NCBI GenBank assembly: GCA_001600695.1
Contig: BCKQ01000009.1
Span: 328,913-392,912, forward strand
Reading direction: 5' to 3'
Origin: Ascoidea asiatica JCM 7603
Taxonomy: Eukaryota > Fungi > Ascomycota
DNA length: 64,000 nt
Part shown: one piece after another, positions 32,683 to 44,948 of the stretch
Numbering within the stretch: position 1 is the first letter of the stretch
How the letters are laid out: every line of letters begins with the position of its first letter
Translations under genes and position numbers: made by a program
The notes under the pieces: model-generated
Databases searched by the model: none
The model's input: the letters and a program-made list of their open reading frames with translations, nothing else
What the model was told of the DNA's origin: nothing

Positions 32683-35210
32683 TTATAACTCATCGTGGTT
32701 TTCTAAGTCTTCTTTCAGTTCAATTTCTTCTGGACCTTTCTCTTGAGGAATCTCATTTTTAAGATTCTCTTCATTTTGGCTGTCATTAGGACCAGTAGTT
32801 TCTTTTTCTTCAGATGTATTGCTGGTAGATGTTTCTTCTTCAGAAGACCCTGCTTCAGACTCGGTTTTATTTAATTCTCTATCTCTTTTTTTAATTCTTG
32901 TATTTAAAAGCCTCTGTATTGCTTTTAATCTATATTGATGTTCTTTGGTTAATTTTTCTTTCAAATCCACTATGTCTTGGATCTGTTTTCTAACTTTTTC
33001 TAATCTTTTAGTTTTGGAGATTATCAGTGATGTTTTGGTATGATCATAGTCATCATCATCATCATCAAAACTAAAATCATTATCACTATTAGCATCTTCA
33101 CTATCAGCAGAAGATTCTTCTTTGCTTTCTGAGTCAATTAGATTATTTATATCCGTTAATGATTTTACCAAATTTTGAACCAGCTTATCAATATTTAAAT
33201 CAAGCATCTTAGTTGCACTAGTAGAAGCAACTCTTGAATTATCTTGCTCAAAATTAGCAGATGTGAAATTATTACTGAGATAATCTACTCTCATTCTATC
33301 TATATCCTCAGTAACATCTAACATATATTCTTGTAGTTTATTATTTTCATTTAATCCAGTTTTATACACATCCTGTAATTCTCTTACTGTTAAAGGATTT
33401 TCAATAAAAGATTTAATTATTTTCACATCAGAAATTTTCTTTTGAATATCTCTTACTTTTAATTTTAATATTGAAATTTGATCAAAAGATTGATCTTCAA
33501 GCCATTCTAAATAATTACTTATCATTTTTTTAAATTGATTTAAATAGTTTATGTTTTTTATTGATTTGTTAAAGTTGGGAGAAGTTGAAGATTTTTCATC
33601 AGAATCAAACTCATCTTTTATGTCATCAATCATAGAACGAAGAGAATATAATTGACTTTCCAAAATATTTAAATTAGTAAGTTTTTCATTTCTGATTTTG
33701 TCCTTTCTTGAAATTGTATTAAGTCTGTTTATTGATTTTACAATCTGAGAAGAAGTTAAAGGTTGAAAATCAATATATTTGGAAATGGATGGAAGTTGAA
33801 TTCTAAATGTTTTATCCCGTTTAAAAACTGAAGATTTAATCTCAGTAGAGTTATTATTAGTACTATTGGAAGGAATATTGTTTTCTTCTTCTTCCTCATC
33901 TTCTTTACTGCTTTCATCAAGGTTTGCCTTTTTTAAAATCTTTTGAAGAAAACTTTTATCATTATTAACATAATTACATTTTGCTTGAACTTTATTCAAT
34001 TTAAATAATTTGTTTTCATCCAAATCAAAATATCCATAATATTTTAATCCATCTTTTTTAATACATTCAAAAAATCTTGGATCATTTTTATAAGAATCAA
34101 AAGATGATGAGATATTATTAAAAATTTTTGATTGAAATGAAAGATCATCTTCTAATAAAGTTATCTCAAAATCTAAATTAGTATTATTAAATAAATTGGT
34201 TAATTCAATTTCATAATTTACTGAATCTGAATTTATAATTGTTCCTTGTGGGAAAATAATTTGTTTTTTATCATCATTAATTTTGATTGAATAATCATGA
34301 AAAGAATGTTCAATTATATCCATTTCAATAGATTTAAACATTTTTGAAATTTGAACACCTCTTAAAGAAGTTCCAAGAGCATTTGATTCATCTGCATTAA
34401 CATTTTTTGTTATCATATTTGGTTTAATATTTTTAGTTAAATCATTTAATATATTTTGAATAAAAGGTACTCTAGTTGAACCTCCAGTTAAGATTATTGA
34501 ATCAATTTGATTTAAATTTTTAGAAACATTTAATAAAGGATCTATGAATAATTTATCATAACCTTTGGAATTAATTATATTTTCAAATTCAACTCTTGAG
34601 ATTGAAGATTTAAAATCAATATCTTTATATAAAGATTCAGTTGATATCTGAGCATCATTATTTGCACTTAATATTAATTTTAATTTTTCAGAATTTTGCC
34701 ATAATTTTGTTAAAGTTTTTGAATTTGAATTTAAATCAGATGAATTTATTTTTGGATTACTTGATAAAAATTTTTTTTTAAGTAAATTAAAAATAATTAA
34801 AGTTAAATCTTGACCACCAATTAAATTATAATTATAATCTTCAATTTCAATAATTAAACTATTAGTTGATTCATTTTTAGAAAAAGATACTAATGATGAT
34901 TGAGATAATGATGATCCTACATCATATATTATATGATATTGTTTTTGATTTGAAAGTTTATTTATATCTAAATTTTTAGTAGCATAATTAACAGCAACCC
35001 CTAATGAATCATCAATTAAACTTATAGGGGTTAAACCTGCAATTTTAATTGAATCTATTAATGAAATTCTTTGAAATTGATTAAAATATTTTGGAATAGC
35101 TAATGAAATTGAATCAATTATAGATGGAGTCATTGAAGAACCTCTAGATTTTATATCAGATATTGACATTGCAATTAATTCTTCAATTTCAAAAACTGAA
35201 TTAGGTGATG

Positions 35211-35241
<31 letters not shown>

Positions 35242-35652
35242 TGAAATATCAAAAGATATTGAATTTCTTTCCTTATTTTTAAATAATTTAATACTTGGAT
35301 GATTTGATAAATAATTTTGAATAATTTTAGAATCTTCTAAATTTTCATTATTTCCAATTAAATGTTTTAAATTAAATAAACAACTTGTTGGAAATCTTGA
35401 ACATAAAGAACTTGCAGAATATCCATAAGATCTTTCAAATTCATTTTCATTTTTAGATATTTCTTTTATTGATAAACCTGAAGGTTCTTTTCTTTTTGAT
35501 TCTGGAGTTAAAATTATTTCAAAAGGAGCATTTGGACCAACAACTATAGATTTTGTAAAATCATTACCAAAATCAATTCCAATTAATGCAGATTCAGTTA
35601 TTAAAAATTTTATAAAAAATATAAATAAAAAAGATATATTTAATAATCTCAT
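32683..35652 (-). CDS. LHS1: ER-lumenal Hsp70 / nucleotide exchange factor Lhs1 (Grp170)
   Basis: Signal peptide, IGIDFG, SKRKEPS, LTGGSTRVPFIQ, NVNADE, C-terminal HDEL, about 990 aa. Confidence 0.93.
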
Positions 35653-36129
35653 TTTAAATCACGACACATGAGAGATGATAATAAGGTAATTTCTTCGAAC
35701 TATAATTTCAAAGAATTGAGAAGTTGAAGTGTTGAAAAGTTGAAAAGTTGAAAAGTTCTTTGCAATTATTTATATACAATTAAATTGTTTTGAATACGTT
35801 TCTGATCAATTAATGAGATTTGAATTGCAATGAATATATTGATTTAAGACAGATGAAATATGAAATAAAATAGGTATGCAAAGGACAATCTGGCCAGAAT
35901 CTTGTGGCAAAGGAAGAAAATATGAATTTGAAGTATGTCATTGATCAGCTCAATGAAATTTAGAATATCGAGAAGAGGAAGAAACCGAAAAATAAAACGA
36001 GATCCGGGTAATGCTGCCGTAGTTACTTGTTGGGACACTGTAGATCACTCTGCTGGCATTGTTAGGACACTGCTTATCCTGGGGGTATAAACAGAATAAG
36101 ATTTTACTGGAACTGAAAGAGCCAAAAAG

Positions 36130-36154
<25 letters not shown>

Positions 36155-36160
<6 letters not shown>

Positions 36161-36954
36161 CTTTTTTGGATCATCTGTTATATTTTGAAAATTTCTTTCT
36201 ATATAATCATCACATCCATATCTATTTGTGGTGAAATCCAAGATATTAATATTACCTATTTCTGCTGATTTTAAGATTTCATTGTATTCTTTTGTTGTTG
36301 GTCTATCTGGTTCTTGTATAGTGACTTTTGAATGTCTTATTCTTATATCATCAAAAAGTTTACTACTTGCAATTTTAAATTCTTTAGGGTCTAATTCTAG
36401 AATATCTTCATTTTCAATTTGTATATTTTTTTCTTTAGATGTTTTTAAAACTCTTCGATTTAAATTTTGAACTAATTTATGATAATTTTGATAATTTTTA
36501 TTATTTGTTTCTTTATTAAAAAGAAAATCATCTTCTCCCACTTTTTTTCTTAATATATCTTTATCATCTTCATCAGAACTACTATCATATGTATTATCAT
36601 GAAAATTATTAGTATAATTTTGATTAGTAGTGTTAAGATTTGAAAATTCATTTGTTAAATTTTTAATATTTAAAAATAAATTTTGATCAATAATAATATC
36701 ATCATCATCATCATCATCATCGTTCTCGTCGTTATCACCATCATCAGAACTATTAAAAGTTTTGGACGAAGAATTTAGAGAACCTGAATTATTTTTTATA
36801 GTTATGATACTTTTTTCATTATTTGAAATCGGACTATTATTTTCAGATTTTTTAATGTCTGGAGTTTTTATATTTTTTTCATCTAATTCATCACCTGCAT
36901 AAGTTAAATAAAGTCCAAAATCATCACCATCTAAAGGATTTGAGGTTATAGATT

Positions 36955-36985
<31 letters not shown>

Positions 36986-36986
36986 G

Positions 36987-37017
<31 letters not shown>

Positions 37018-37358
37018 CTCCTTTATCATCTTCTTCATTCTCTTCTTTTTTTTTTTCATCATTTTTACTAATATTTATTGAAGATTTATTTTGATTAGAT
37101 TTGAATTTTTTATTTTTTTTAAATTTTTTATTTTTAGTAGATATATTAAATAATTCATTATTATTAGGTAAATTTAAATCTAAAGAATTAAAAATATTAG
37201 CATATAAAAAAGATAAAGTTGGTAAAGAAATTTTTAAATTTTTAGAAACGTTTAATAATTGATCAAATAATAATTTTAAATATGTTTCAAAACCATTTAA
37301 ATAATTATAAAGTAATAAAGGAGAATTTAAAAAAGGTATATTATTATTGTTATTGTTA

Positions 37359-37398
<40 letters not shown>

Positions 37399-38465
37399 CT
37401 GAATTTATTGAATCTGAATTTTTTAAATTTAAATTTATATAATTTAAGATTAAATTTTTTAAAGTTATTGGAGTATTATTATTATTTTCATTATTATTTA
37501 TAAAATTTAAATTTTTTAAACCTAATTTATTTGCAAAAATAATTAATTCTTTAAAAGAATTTTTAATTAATGGATAAATGAATTTATTTTTTAATAAATC
37601 ATTAATATTTTTTTTTTTAAAAATTATTAAAAAACAATCAATTAAAATATAATAAAATAAATTTGAGAATTGAAATTGTAATAAATTTAAAGAATTATTT
37701 AAATTTTCAAAAATTATTGAATTTTTAATATTTGAAATTGAAATTGAAATTGAAATTGAAATTTCTAAAGAATTAATAATTTCAATTAAATTATCTGGAA
37801 TAATATTATATTGAGATTGAAATTTTGTAGGATTTATGAAAATTTTTAAATTTGAATTATTTAATAGAATAAAATTATAATTACCAATATATCTAATATT
37901 TAAATTTGAAAAAAGAGTATAAAATTTTAAATTTTTAGGTAAAATTTTTATAATTAAATCATCTAAATAAAAAGTAAAAGAAGAATCAAAAAATAATATT
38001 GAATTTGATAAATTTAAATTTGAAAATGAGATTAAATTTTTTAATAAATTTTTTAAATTTTTAATAGAATTTGAAGAAATAAAAATATATTTAAATAAAA
38101 TTTTATTATTATTATTATTATTATTAATATTATTATTAATATTATTAATATTCGGCACATTATTTATATTTTTTTTAAATAAAAATGGTTTATAAGTTTG
38201 AAAACCAAAAAAATTTGAATTCCAATGAATTTTTAAATCTGGAGGTATTAATTTAGATATAAAAGTTATTTTAATTCCAATTGAATTTAAACGCCAACTA
38301 ATAAAATTATTTAAAGGTGAATCACCAACTTGAATAATAATAATAATAAAATAAAAAGTTAATAAAATGAATTAATTTATAATAATAAGAATATATAAAT
38401 ATAAAATAATAATTTTAATTTCAGGTTTTATTCATACTAATTAAAACTTCAAAATTTGAGTTCAT
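36155..38465 (-). CDS. Svl3/Pam1-like ketopantoate-reductase (ApbA) fold protein; complement(join(36155..38328,38438..38465)), 733 aa
   Basis: The track start at 38158 is GTG and the frame stays open upstream. Splicing gives MNSNFEVLIIGDSPLNNFISWRL, a Rossmann-like first strand. ApbA_C-like NSPLLLYNY...ISLPTLSFLYA occurs downstream. Confidence 0.72.
38329..38437 (-). other. Spliceosomal intron (109 nt) with three non-consensus signals
   Basis: GTATGA donor at 38437, TATTAAC branch-like site 38364-38358, AAG acceptor ending 38329; the phase-1 join restores VLI-I-GD. Confidence 0.75.
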
Positions 38466-38510
38466 TATAAAAAATAATGTTTAAGAAGAAGTTAAGATAA
38501 ATCTCTTCAA

Positions 38511-39334
38511 AATATATCAAAATATATCAAAATATATCAAAATATATCAAAATATATCAAAATTGATTAAAATATACCAAAAAATAGACCAAAAAAAAGT
38601 TAAAAAAAAATATATATATATGTATGTATTTGATATAATGATGATATTAGTGGATAATATTTTATTGTGTGATTGTGATAGAAAAAAAAACAAAGGATTT
38701 CTTTTAATAAACAAACATTAATATATTAAGTGTACTTGATTAAAAATTACACAGCATTAAAAAGCTAAATAATAATAGAGGAACAAAATGAGATATTTTA
38801 AATAGAAATTGAGAATATTATCAATGAATTGGATTGAAATAAAGAAATAAAGAAATAAAGAAATAAAGAAATAAAGATAGAAATGATAGAAATGATAGAA
38901 ATGATAAAAGTGATAAGATTTTTGTTGTTTGTAAGTTCCTTTAAGATCAGGATATATTAATGGATATATTATATAATTTGAAGAAGGATATATTGAATGA
39001 TTTGATGAATGCTTTTATGTATGAAATGATAATGGAAGAATTAATGAATAAATTGGCGGTTTGTTGCAAAGAAAATGAATTTGAAATGAATTTGAAATGA
39101 ATTTGAAATGAAGTAAGAAAGTGAGAAAGAAGGAAGATGGCAATTTCTAGTTGTTGTCAGTTGTCTCCTCTGCCATGGAGCTTGTCTTCGTTATTGTCTG
39201 GCTGCAATGGAATAGAAAGTAGAAAGTGCCCCAGGAGAAGCACCAGCAGAAGAAGAAGAAGAATAATATTAAAAGCAGAGGCAGCATTCCCACCATCCCT
39301 TGCTGTTGCTGCTGTTGCTGCTGTTGCTGCACCT

Positions 39335-39367
<33 letters not shown>

Positions 39368-39684
39368 AAACGCTGACACTCATCACAAAAAGAGCTGTGC
39401 CGAGGCGGAAGACAAACAGCCGCAGCCGCAGCCTCGGCAGAACTGGAAAATAAAAACAAAGTCAGGTGATACGTATATCACCTGACACAGGTGAAACCAT
39501 GTTCATGGGCTTTGTCTTGAATGAGGTTACCCTCACGATACTTGTTTACTTTTCTTTGTCTATTGTATTAATTGTATGGAATTTTATCATTTTACACCTA
39601 CTTTTTATTTTAAAACAATGGAATAATTTCAATAATTTTATTATATTAACTAAGAATCTATTGATAATATACTATATATATTAT

Positions 39685-39716
<32 letters not shown>
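38511..39716. repeat. Cluster of short tandem repeats in a divergent intergenic region
   Basis: (AATATATCAA)5 38511-38560; (GAAATAAA)5 38836-38875; (GATAGAAAT)3; (AAATGAATTTG)3+ 39073-39112; (TGCTGTTGC)3 near 39301; (CCTTCCTCG)4 39332-39367; (TA)14 39689-39716. Confidence 0.9.
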
Positions 39717-39720
<4 letters not shown>

Positions 39721-39775
39721 AATCTAAAATAGAATAAGAAAATGAATAAAGAAATGAAAATATGAAAAGAAAATA

Positions 39776-41908
39776 ATGTCAAAGATTTCATTATCTTCAT
39801 TAAATAGAAGTATAAATAAAGTTATAAATGATTTTTCAAAAAATTATTTTGGTTTTAATAAAGCTGTTAAATTATTAAATTCAAATAATTCTAATGATAA
39901 TTCTAATAATAATATTAATAATAAATCAAATGAAATTCAAAATATTTTAAATAATGATTATTTAAATTTAATTTCTCTTTCAAATATCTATAAAACTACA
40001 TTGATTAATTTATTTTGGGAATTTAATAAAAATAAAATAAATTTAAATAATAAAAACTTAAGTAATAATAATTTAAATGTTTTTATAAGTAATAAAAATA
40101 ATTTAATTTTAAATAATAATTATAAAATTAATAAAGATTTATCAATAGTTTTAAATAATTTATCAATTATTTCAAATCATATATTATTATTTAATTATAA
40201 TTTTATTTTAAATAAACATAATATTAATATTATTAATAATAATCAATTAATTAAGAATAATTATTATAATCAATTTGAAAAATTTTGGAAATTAAATTAT
40301 TTAATTTCAAATAAAAATGATTTACATTTAAATATTAATGAAAATATAAATTCGAATAATAAAAATGATTTAAAAATTTATAAAAATTATAAATTATTTA
40401 ATGATCTTATAATCTCAATTTCTTTAAATAATTTAATTCAATTTTTTAAAAAAAATTATAATAATGAAATTAATTATAATTTATTATTAATTCATTTTAA
40501 TAATTTTAATCAAATAGAATTTAATGAAATTAATTATAAAGAAAATTTAATAAATTTTTATTTAAAAATATTTAAAAAAAAAATTAAAATTTTGGATATA
40601 AAAATTTTATTAGATATAAGTAAAATTTTAATAAATTTTAATAAAATTAATGAATTAATTGAAATTATTAATTTAAATAATTGGAATTTTAATAAATTTC
40701 CAAATAGAAAATCATATTTAATTCAAATTTTAGATTTATTTTTAAATAGTAATCAAGAAAGTAATAATGAAATGAAGTTGAAATTTATAAATGAAATTAT
40801 AAAAATATTAATAAAAGATAAAGAAAGTGAGAAGATTTTAATTAAAGATAATAAATTGAATAATAAATTTTTTAAGAATCTTAAATATAAAATTGAAAAT
40901 GATAAAATTTTATATTTTATTATAAGTTTATGTAATATAATAAGTAAAAATGATTTATTAATTAATGATTATAAAATTTTATTAAAAGATTTTATAATTA
41001 TTAATACTGATAAAGATAATACTGGTAAAGATAAAGATAAAGATAAAGATAAAAATTTAAAAGAATTTTATTATTTAATGATTGAAAAATATTTTATAAT
41101 GAGTTTAGTTAAATTTAATAAAATTTATATTGTTAAAGAATTAATTGAGAATATAGATAATGAATTTTATGAAAAAATGGAAAATAATGAAATTTTAAAA
41201 AATAAAATCTTTTATAATAATAATAACTTTAGAAATAAAAATGAAAGTTTTAAAATAAAATTTAATTCATTTTGTTTAGAAGAATTTTCAAAAAATGAAG
41301 AAAATTTTATTGCTTCAAAGAAATTAATTGAATATGTTATTAAAGATTTTAAAGATCAAAAATTTTTAATTAATGAAAAAATTAAATTAAGAAAATTGAT
41401 AAAAAGAAATAAAATTGAAAAAAATAAATTTAAAATTGAGAAATTAAAATATAATAAAGATTTAAAATTATATAAAAAATATATAAGATCAGTTGGAATT
41501 GGATTAATTAAATCAAATAATTATAATAATAATTATAATAATATTAAATCTAATTTTTTTAATTTAAGATATTCAATAAAATATAATAAAATTTTAAAAA
41601 AAAATTTTAAAAGTACAATTGGTAAAAGATATTTAATTTTATTAATTTCAAATTATTTAAAAATTGTTAAAAGATCAAATAAAGGATCATTTAATAAATT
41701 TAAATATTTATTAAAATTTATTAAAAATTTTAAAATTGAAGATAAATTTTTTAAAAAATGGAAAAAAATTTTAAATTTTATGAAATTAAATAATAGAGGA
41801 TTTTGGAGTTTAGAAAATTTATCAAAATTTAAAAAAACAAATTATTTTAATAATGATTTTGATAATAATGATTTTGATAATAATGATAATGACATTAATA
41901 ATAAGTGA
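39776..41908 (+). CDS. Hypothetical N/K/I/L/F-rich protein, possibly mitochondrial
   Basis: 2.1-kb stop-free frame in roughly 90% AT DNA; basic/hydroxylated N-terminus; no family recognised. Confidence 0.7.
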   Translation: MSKISLSSLNRSINKVINDFSKNYFGFNKAVKLLNSNNSNDNSNNNINNKSNEIQNILNNDYLNLISLSNIYKTTLINLFWEFNKNKINLNNKNLSNNNLNVFISNKNNLILNNNYKINKDLSIVLNNLSIISNHILLFNYNFILNKHNINIINNNQLIKNNYYNQFEKFWKLNYLISNKNDLHLNINENINSNNKNDLKIYKNYKLFNDLIISISLNNLIQFFKKNYNNEINYNLLLIHFNNFNQIEFNEINYKENLINFYLKIFKKKIKILDIKILLDISKILINFNKINELIEIINLNNWNFNKFPNRKSYLIQILDLFLNSNQESNNEMKLKFINEIIKILIKDKESEKILIKDNKLNNKFFKNLKYKIENDKILYFIISLCNIISKNDLLINDYKILLKDFIIINTDKDNTGKDKDKDKDKNLKEFYYLMIEKYFIMSLVKFNKIYIVKELIENIDNEFYEKMENNEILKNKIFYNNNNFRNKNESFKIKFNSFCLEEFSKNEENFIASKKLIEYVIKDFKDQKFLINEKIKLRKLIKRNKIEKNKFKIEKLKYNKDLKLYKKYIRSVGIGLIKSNNYNNNYNNIKSNFFNLRYSIKYNKILKKNFKSTIGKRYLILLISNYLKIVKRSNKGSFNKFKYLLKFIKNFKIEDKFFKKWKKILNFMKLNNRGFWSLENLSKFKKTNYFNNDFDNNDFDNNDNDINNK

Positions 41909-42467
41909 ATTCAATGGAAATTTTGTAAATAGTTGTAATATAAATTAATATAAATTATGGATAAATTATGGATAAATTTCACTTATATAGATAAAAGTAG
42001 TTTGAGAACATTTCTGACCAATCACAGCAAAGAAAAACGTAATTGCAGAATCGGGAAATATCTGCCACCGGTTTGAAGCCGATGTTTGATGGATTCCGGG
42101 CGAATTCCGGTTCTGGCGGCAAAAACAGCAAAAACAGCAAAAGAAGAAGAAGAACAACAACAACGACAGGAGAAGGAGAAGAAGAAGAAGAAGAAGAAGA
42201 AGCAGCAACAGAAACAGCTGGCACTGCTTTCACAGGAGCAGATTGAGAACTCGGTGGCGTTGGGATTGGAGACAGCAAAGAGGAAAGTAGCAGTAGTAGC
42301 AGCAGTAGAGCAATAGAGCAGTAGAGCAGCATTCAATTAAAAACAGAAATATAAAGTAGATTATTATATTCAATTTATGAATCTTATTTAAATATATTCT
42401 TACAGTTCATACTTTCCTGTGATTGAATTAAATGAATGTATTCTTATACAATATTCAATAAAAAAAC

Positions 42468-43133
42468 ATGTCTGAATATAATATAAATAATAATAATAAT
42501 GATAATAATGATAATAATGATAGTTTATTAAAAAATCAGCTGGATAATGATATTAATAATCCAGTAATATCTGCAACTCAAAGATTATCAAAAGCAGTAA
42601 CTTCAACTGCAACTGCTTTAATAAATCAATCAAATTCAAATTCAAATGAAATTTTATTAAATTCTTCTCATTATCAAAAAGCAATTTATGATACTTTAAT
42701 AAAACCTTCAAAAGATTTAGCTAAACATAATTCAAATAATTCAAATTCAAATTCTAACAATAATAATGTAAATAATGTAAATAATAATGTAAATAATCTT
42801 AACACTAATAACAAATTAATAACTAAAATAGATAATTCAAATTCTTTAAATTCTTTAAGTTCTTTAAGTTCTTTAAGTTTCTCTTTTTTAAATAATTTAC
42901 AATATAAATCTTTACAAAAAAAAGCTCCTTCTGAATTATTTCGTTCAAATTTTTCTTCAAAAGAAATTAAATATAGAGCTATTTCTCATATTCCTGATAA
43001 TTTATTAAATAATTTACCTGAAAATTCAATGATCTTAAATCAAAATTATTCTTTATTTCAAGGTTTTAATGCCTCAATTCCTCAAGTTAATGAAGAATTA
43101 TATTTATTTAAAGAATTAAATTTATCAAATATA

Positions 43134-43165
<32 letters not shown>

Positions 43166-44948
43166 TATTGAAAATTTAAATAATCCATTACCTTTTGGTT
43201 TATCTTTAAAAAAAATTAAAAATTCAGATTCTATAAAACAATTAATTTATTTTAAAAATTTAATATCTTCAAAATTAGATTTATTAGAAATTAGAAAAAA
43301 TTTAAATTCAAATGAAATTAATGAAATTGATTATAAAATTTTAAATTTAAATAAAATGAGAAAAATTTCTTTTGATAAAATTGCAAATTTAGAAAAACAA
43401 GAAATTTATTTAGAAAATAATATTAATGAAATTAATATAAAAATTAATAATTTAATTAATCTTCATAATAATACTTCCACCACCAATAATAATAATAATA
43501 ATAATTCATTGAATATTAATGATTTACAATCTACTTTAAATAATAATAATAATAATTATGAAAATGAAAATGAAAATGAAAATGAAAATGAAAATGAGAA
43601 TGAGAATGAAATTAATAATAGGGATAATGACAATGACAATGACAATGACAATGACAATGACAATAATAATGACAATAATAATGACAATGATATGTTATTA
43701 TCTGCTTCAATATATTCAAAAATTCAAAAAAATCCACCAGAAAATTCATATTCTTCAACATTAAATAAAAAAAAAAAAAAAAAATTTACAAAACAATTAA
43801 AATCTTTAAGAAAAACAATTCCAACTTTACATCAATATTATAAACCAGGTTCAAAAATTTTTGAATTTAAAGCTCATGATATTAATTCTCCAATAATTTG
43901 TTTTGATTTTGATTTACCTTTTGGTACTTTAATAACTTCTTCAATTGATTCAACTTTAAGAATTTGGGATTTATCTCAACATGATACTTCTTTATTAGAT
44001 CATGATTTTGATGATAATAATAATATCGAAAATAATAATAATAATAATAATAATACTAGAATAAAATGTATAGGACTCTTAGAAGGTCATAATGGTCCTG
44101 TAAATTGTATGCAAATGGATGATAATTATATTGTCACTGGTTCTCAAGATACTTGTTTAAAATTATGGAATTTAAATAAAATTTCTAATTTTGATAATAA
44201 TATTATACCTGAAGAAAATTTAAATTTAAATGATAATAATCCATGTATTTTTACTTTTGAAGATCATATAGATGAAATAACTTCTTTATATTTTGAAAAT
44301 TATAATCTTGTTTCAGGTTCTTTAGATAAAACTATACGACAATGGGATATGCAAAGTGGAACTTGTTTACAAACTTTAGATATTTTATGGGCTTCATCTC
44401 ATTCTTCTATTGATAATAATTCTATAAATTCTTTAAATTATTTAAATTCTTCAAATATTATTAAAAATTATCAAAAAAATTTAAAAAAAATACCATTTGT
44501 TGGTGCTTTACAATGTTTTGATGCTGCTCTTGCTTCTGGAACTGCTGATGGTATTGTAAGATTATGGGATTTAAGATCTGGTAATGTTATAAGATCTTTA
44601 ATTGGTCATACAGGTCCTGTAACAACTTTACAATTTGATGATATTAATTTAATAACTGGTTCTCTGGATAGATCAATTAGAATTTGGGATTTAAGAACTG
44701 GTTCTATAATTAATTCTTTTAATTATAATAATGGTATTACAAATTTACAATTTGATAAAAGTAAAATTGTTTGTTCTTCAATAGAAAATACTGTTAAAAT
44801 TTTTGATAGAATTGAAGAAAGACATTGGGAATGTGGTCAAGGTTTATCTGATGATAATTATAAAGGTATAATAAATTATGTTAAATATAGAGAAGGCTTT
44901 TTAGTTGAAGGTAGATCTGATGGAACTATTGGTACATGGTCAATTTAA
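42468..44948 (+). CDS. MDV1: Mitochondrial fission adaptor Mdv1/Caf4 (WD40)
   Basis: Fis1-binding region YRAISHIPD..YSLFQGF, coiled coil, WD40 repeats (DFDLPFGTL, QCFDAALASGTADGIVRLWDLR). Confidence 0.9.
43558..43690 (+). repeat. Coding hexamer repeats (GAAAAT)n and (AATGAC)n giving EN and ND dipeptide tracts in MDV1
   Basis: Directly visible tandem hexamers, in frame. Confidence 0.9.

Noticed and set aside
38511-39112. CRISPR-like or telomeric array
   Set aside because: Simple 8-11 nt tandem repeats without spacers, each with a different unit, at an internal position in a eukaryote.
39137-39485. Five overlapping short ORFs with poly-Q, poly-C or poly-L tracts
   Set aside because: By-products of stop-poor GC-rich 3- and 9-mer repeats; open in several frames on both strands; composition unlike the real genes here.
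41966-42336. Cluster of short ORFs upstream of MDV1
   Set aside because: Same repeat artefact from GAA/GCA runs; no coherent protein signal.
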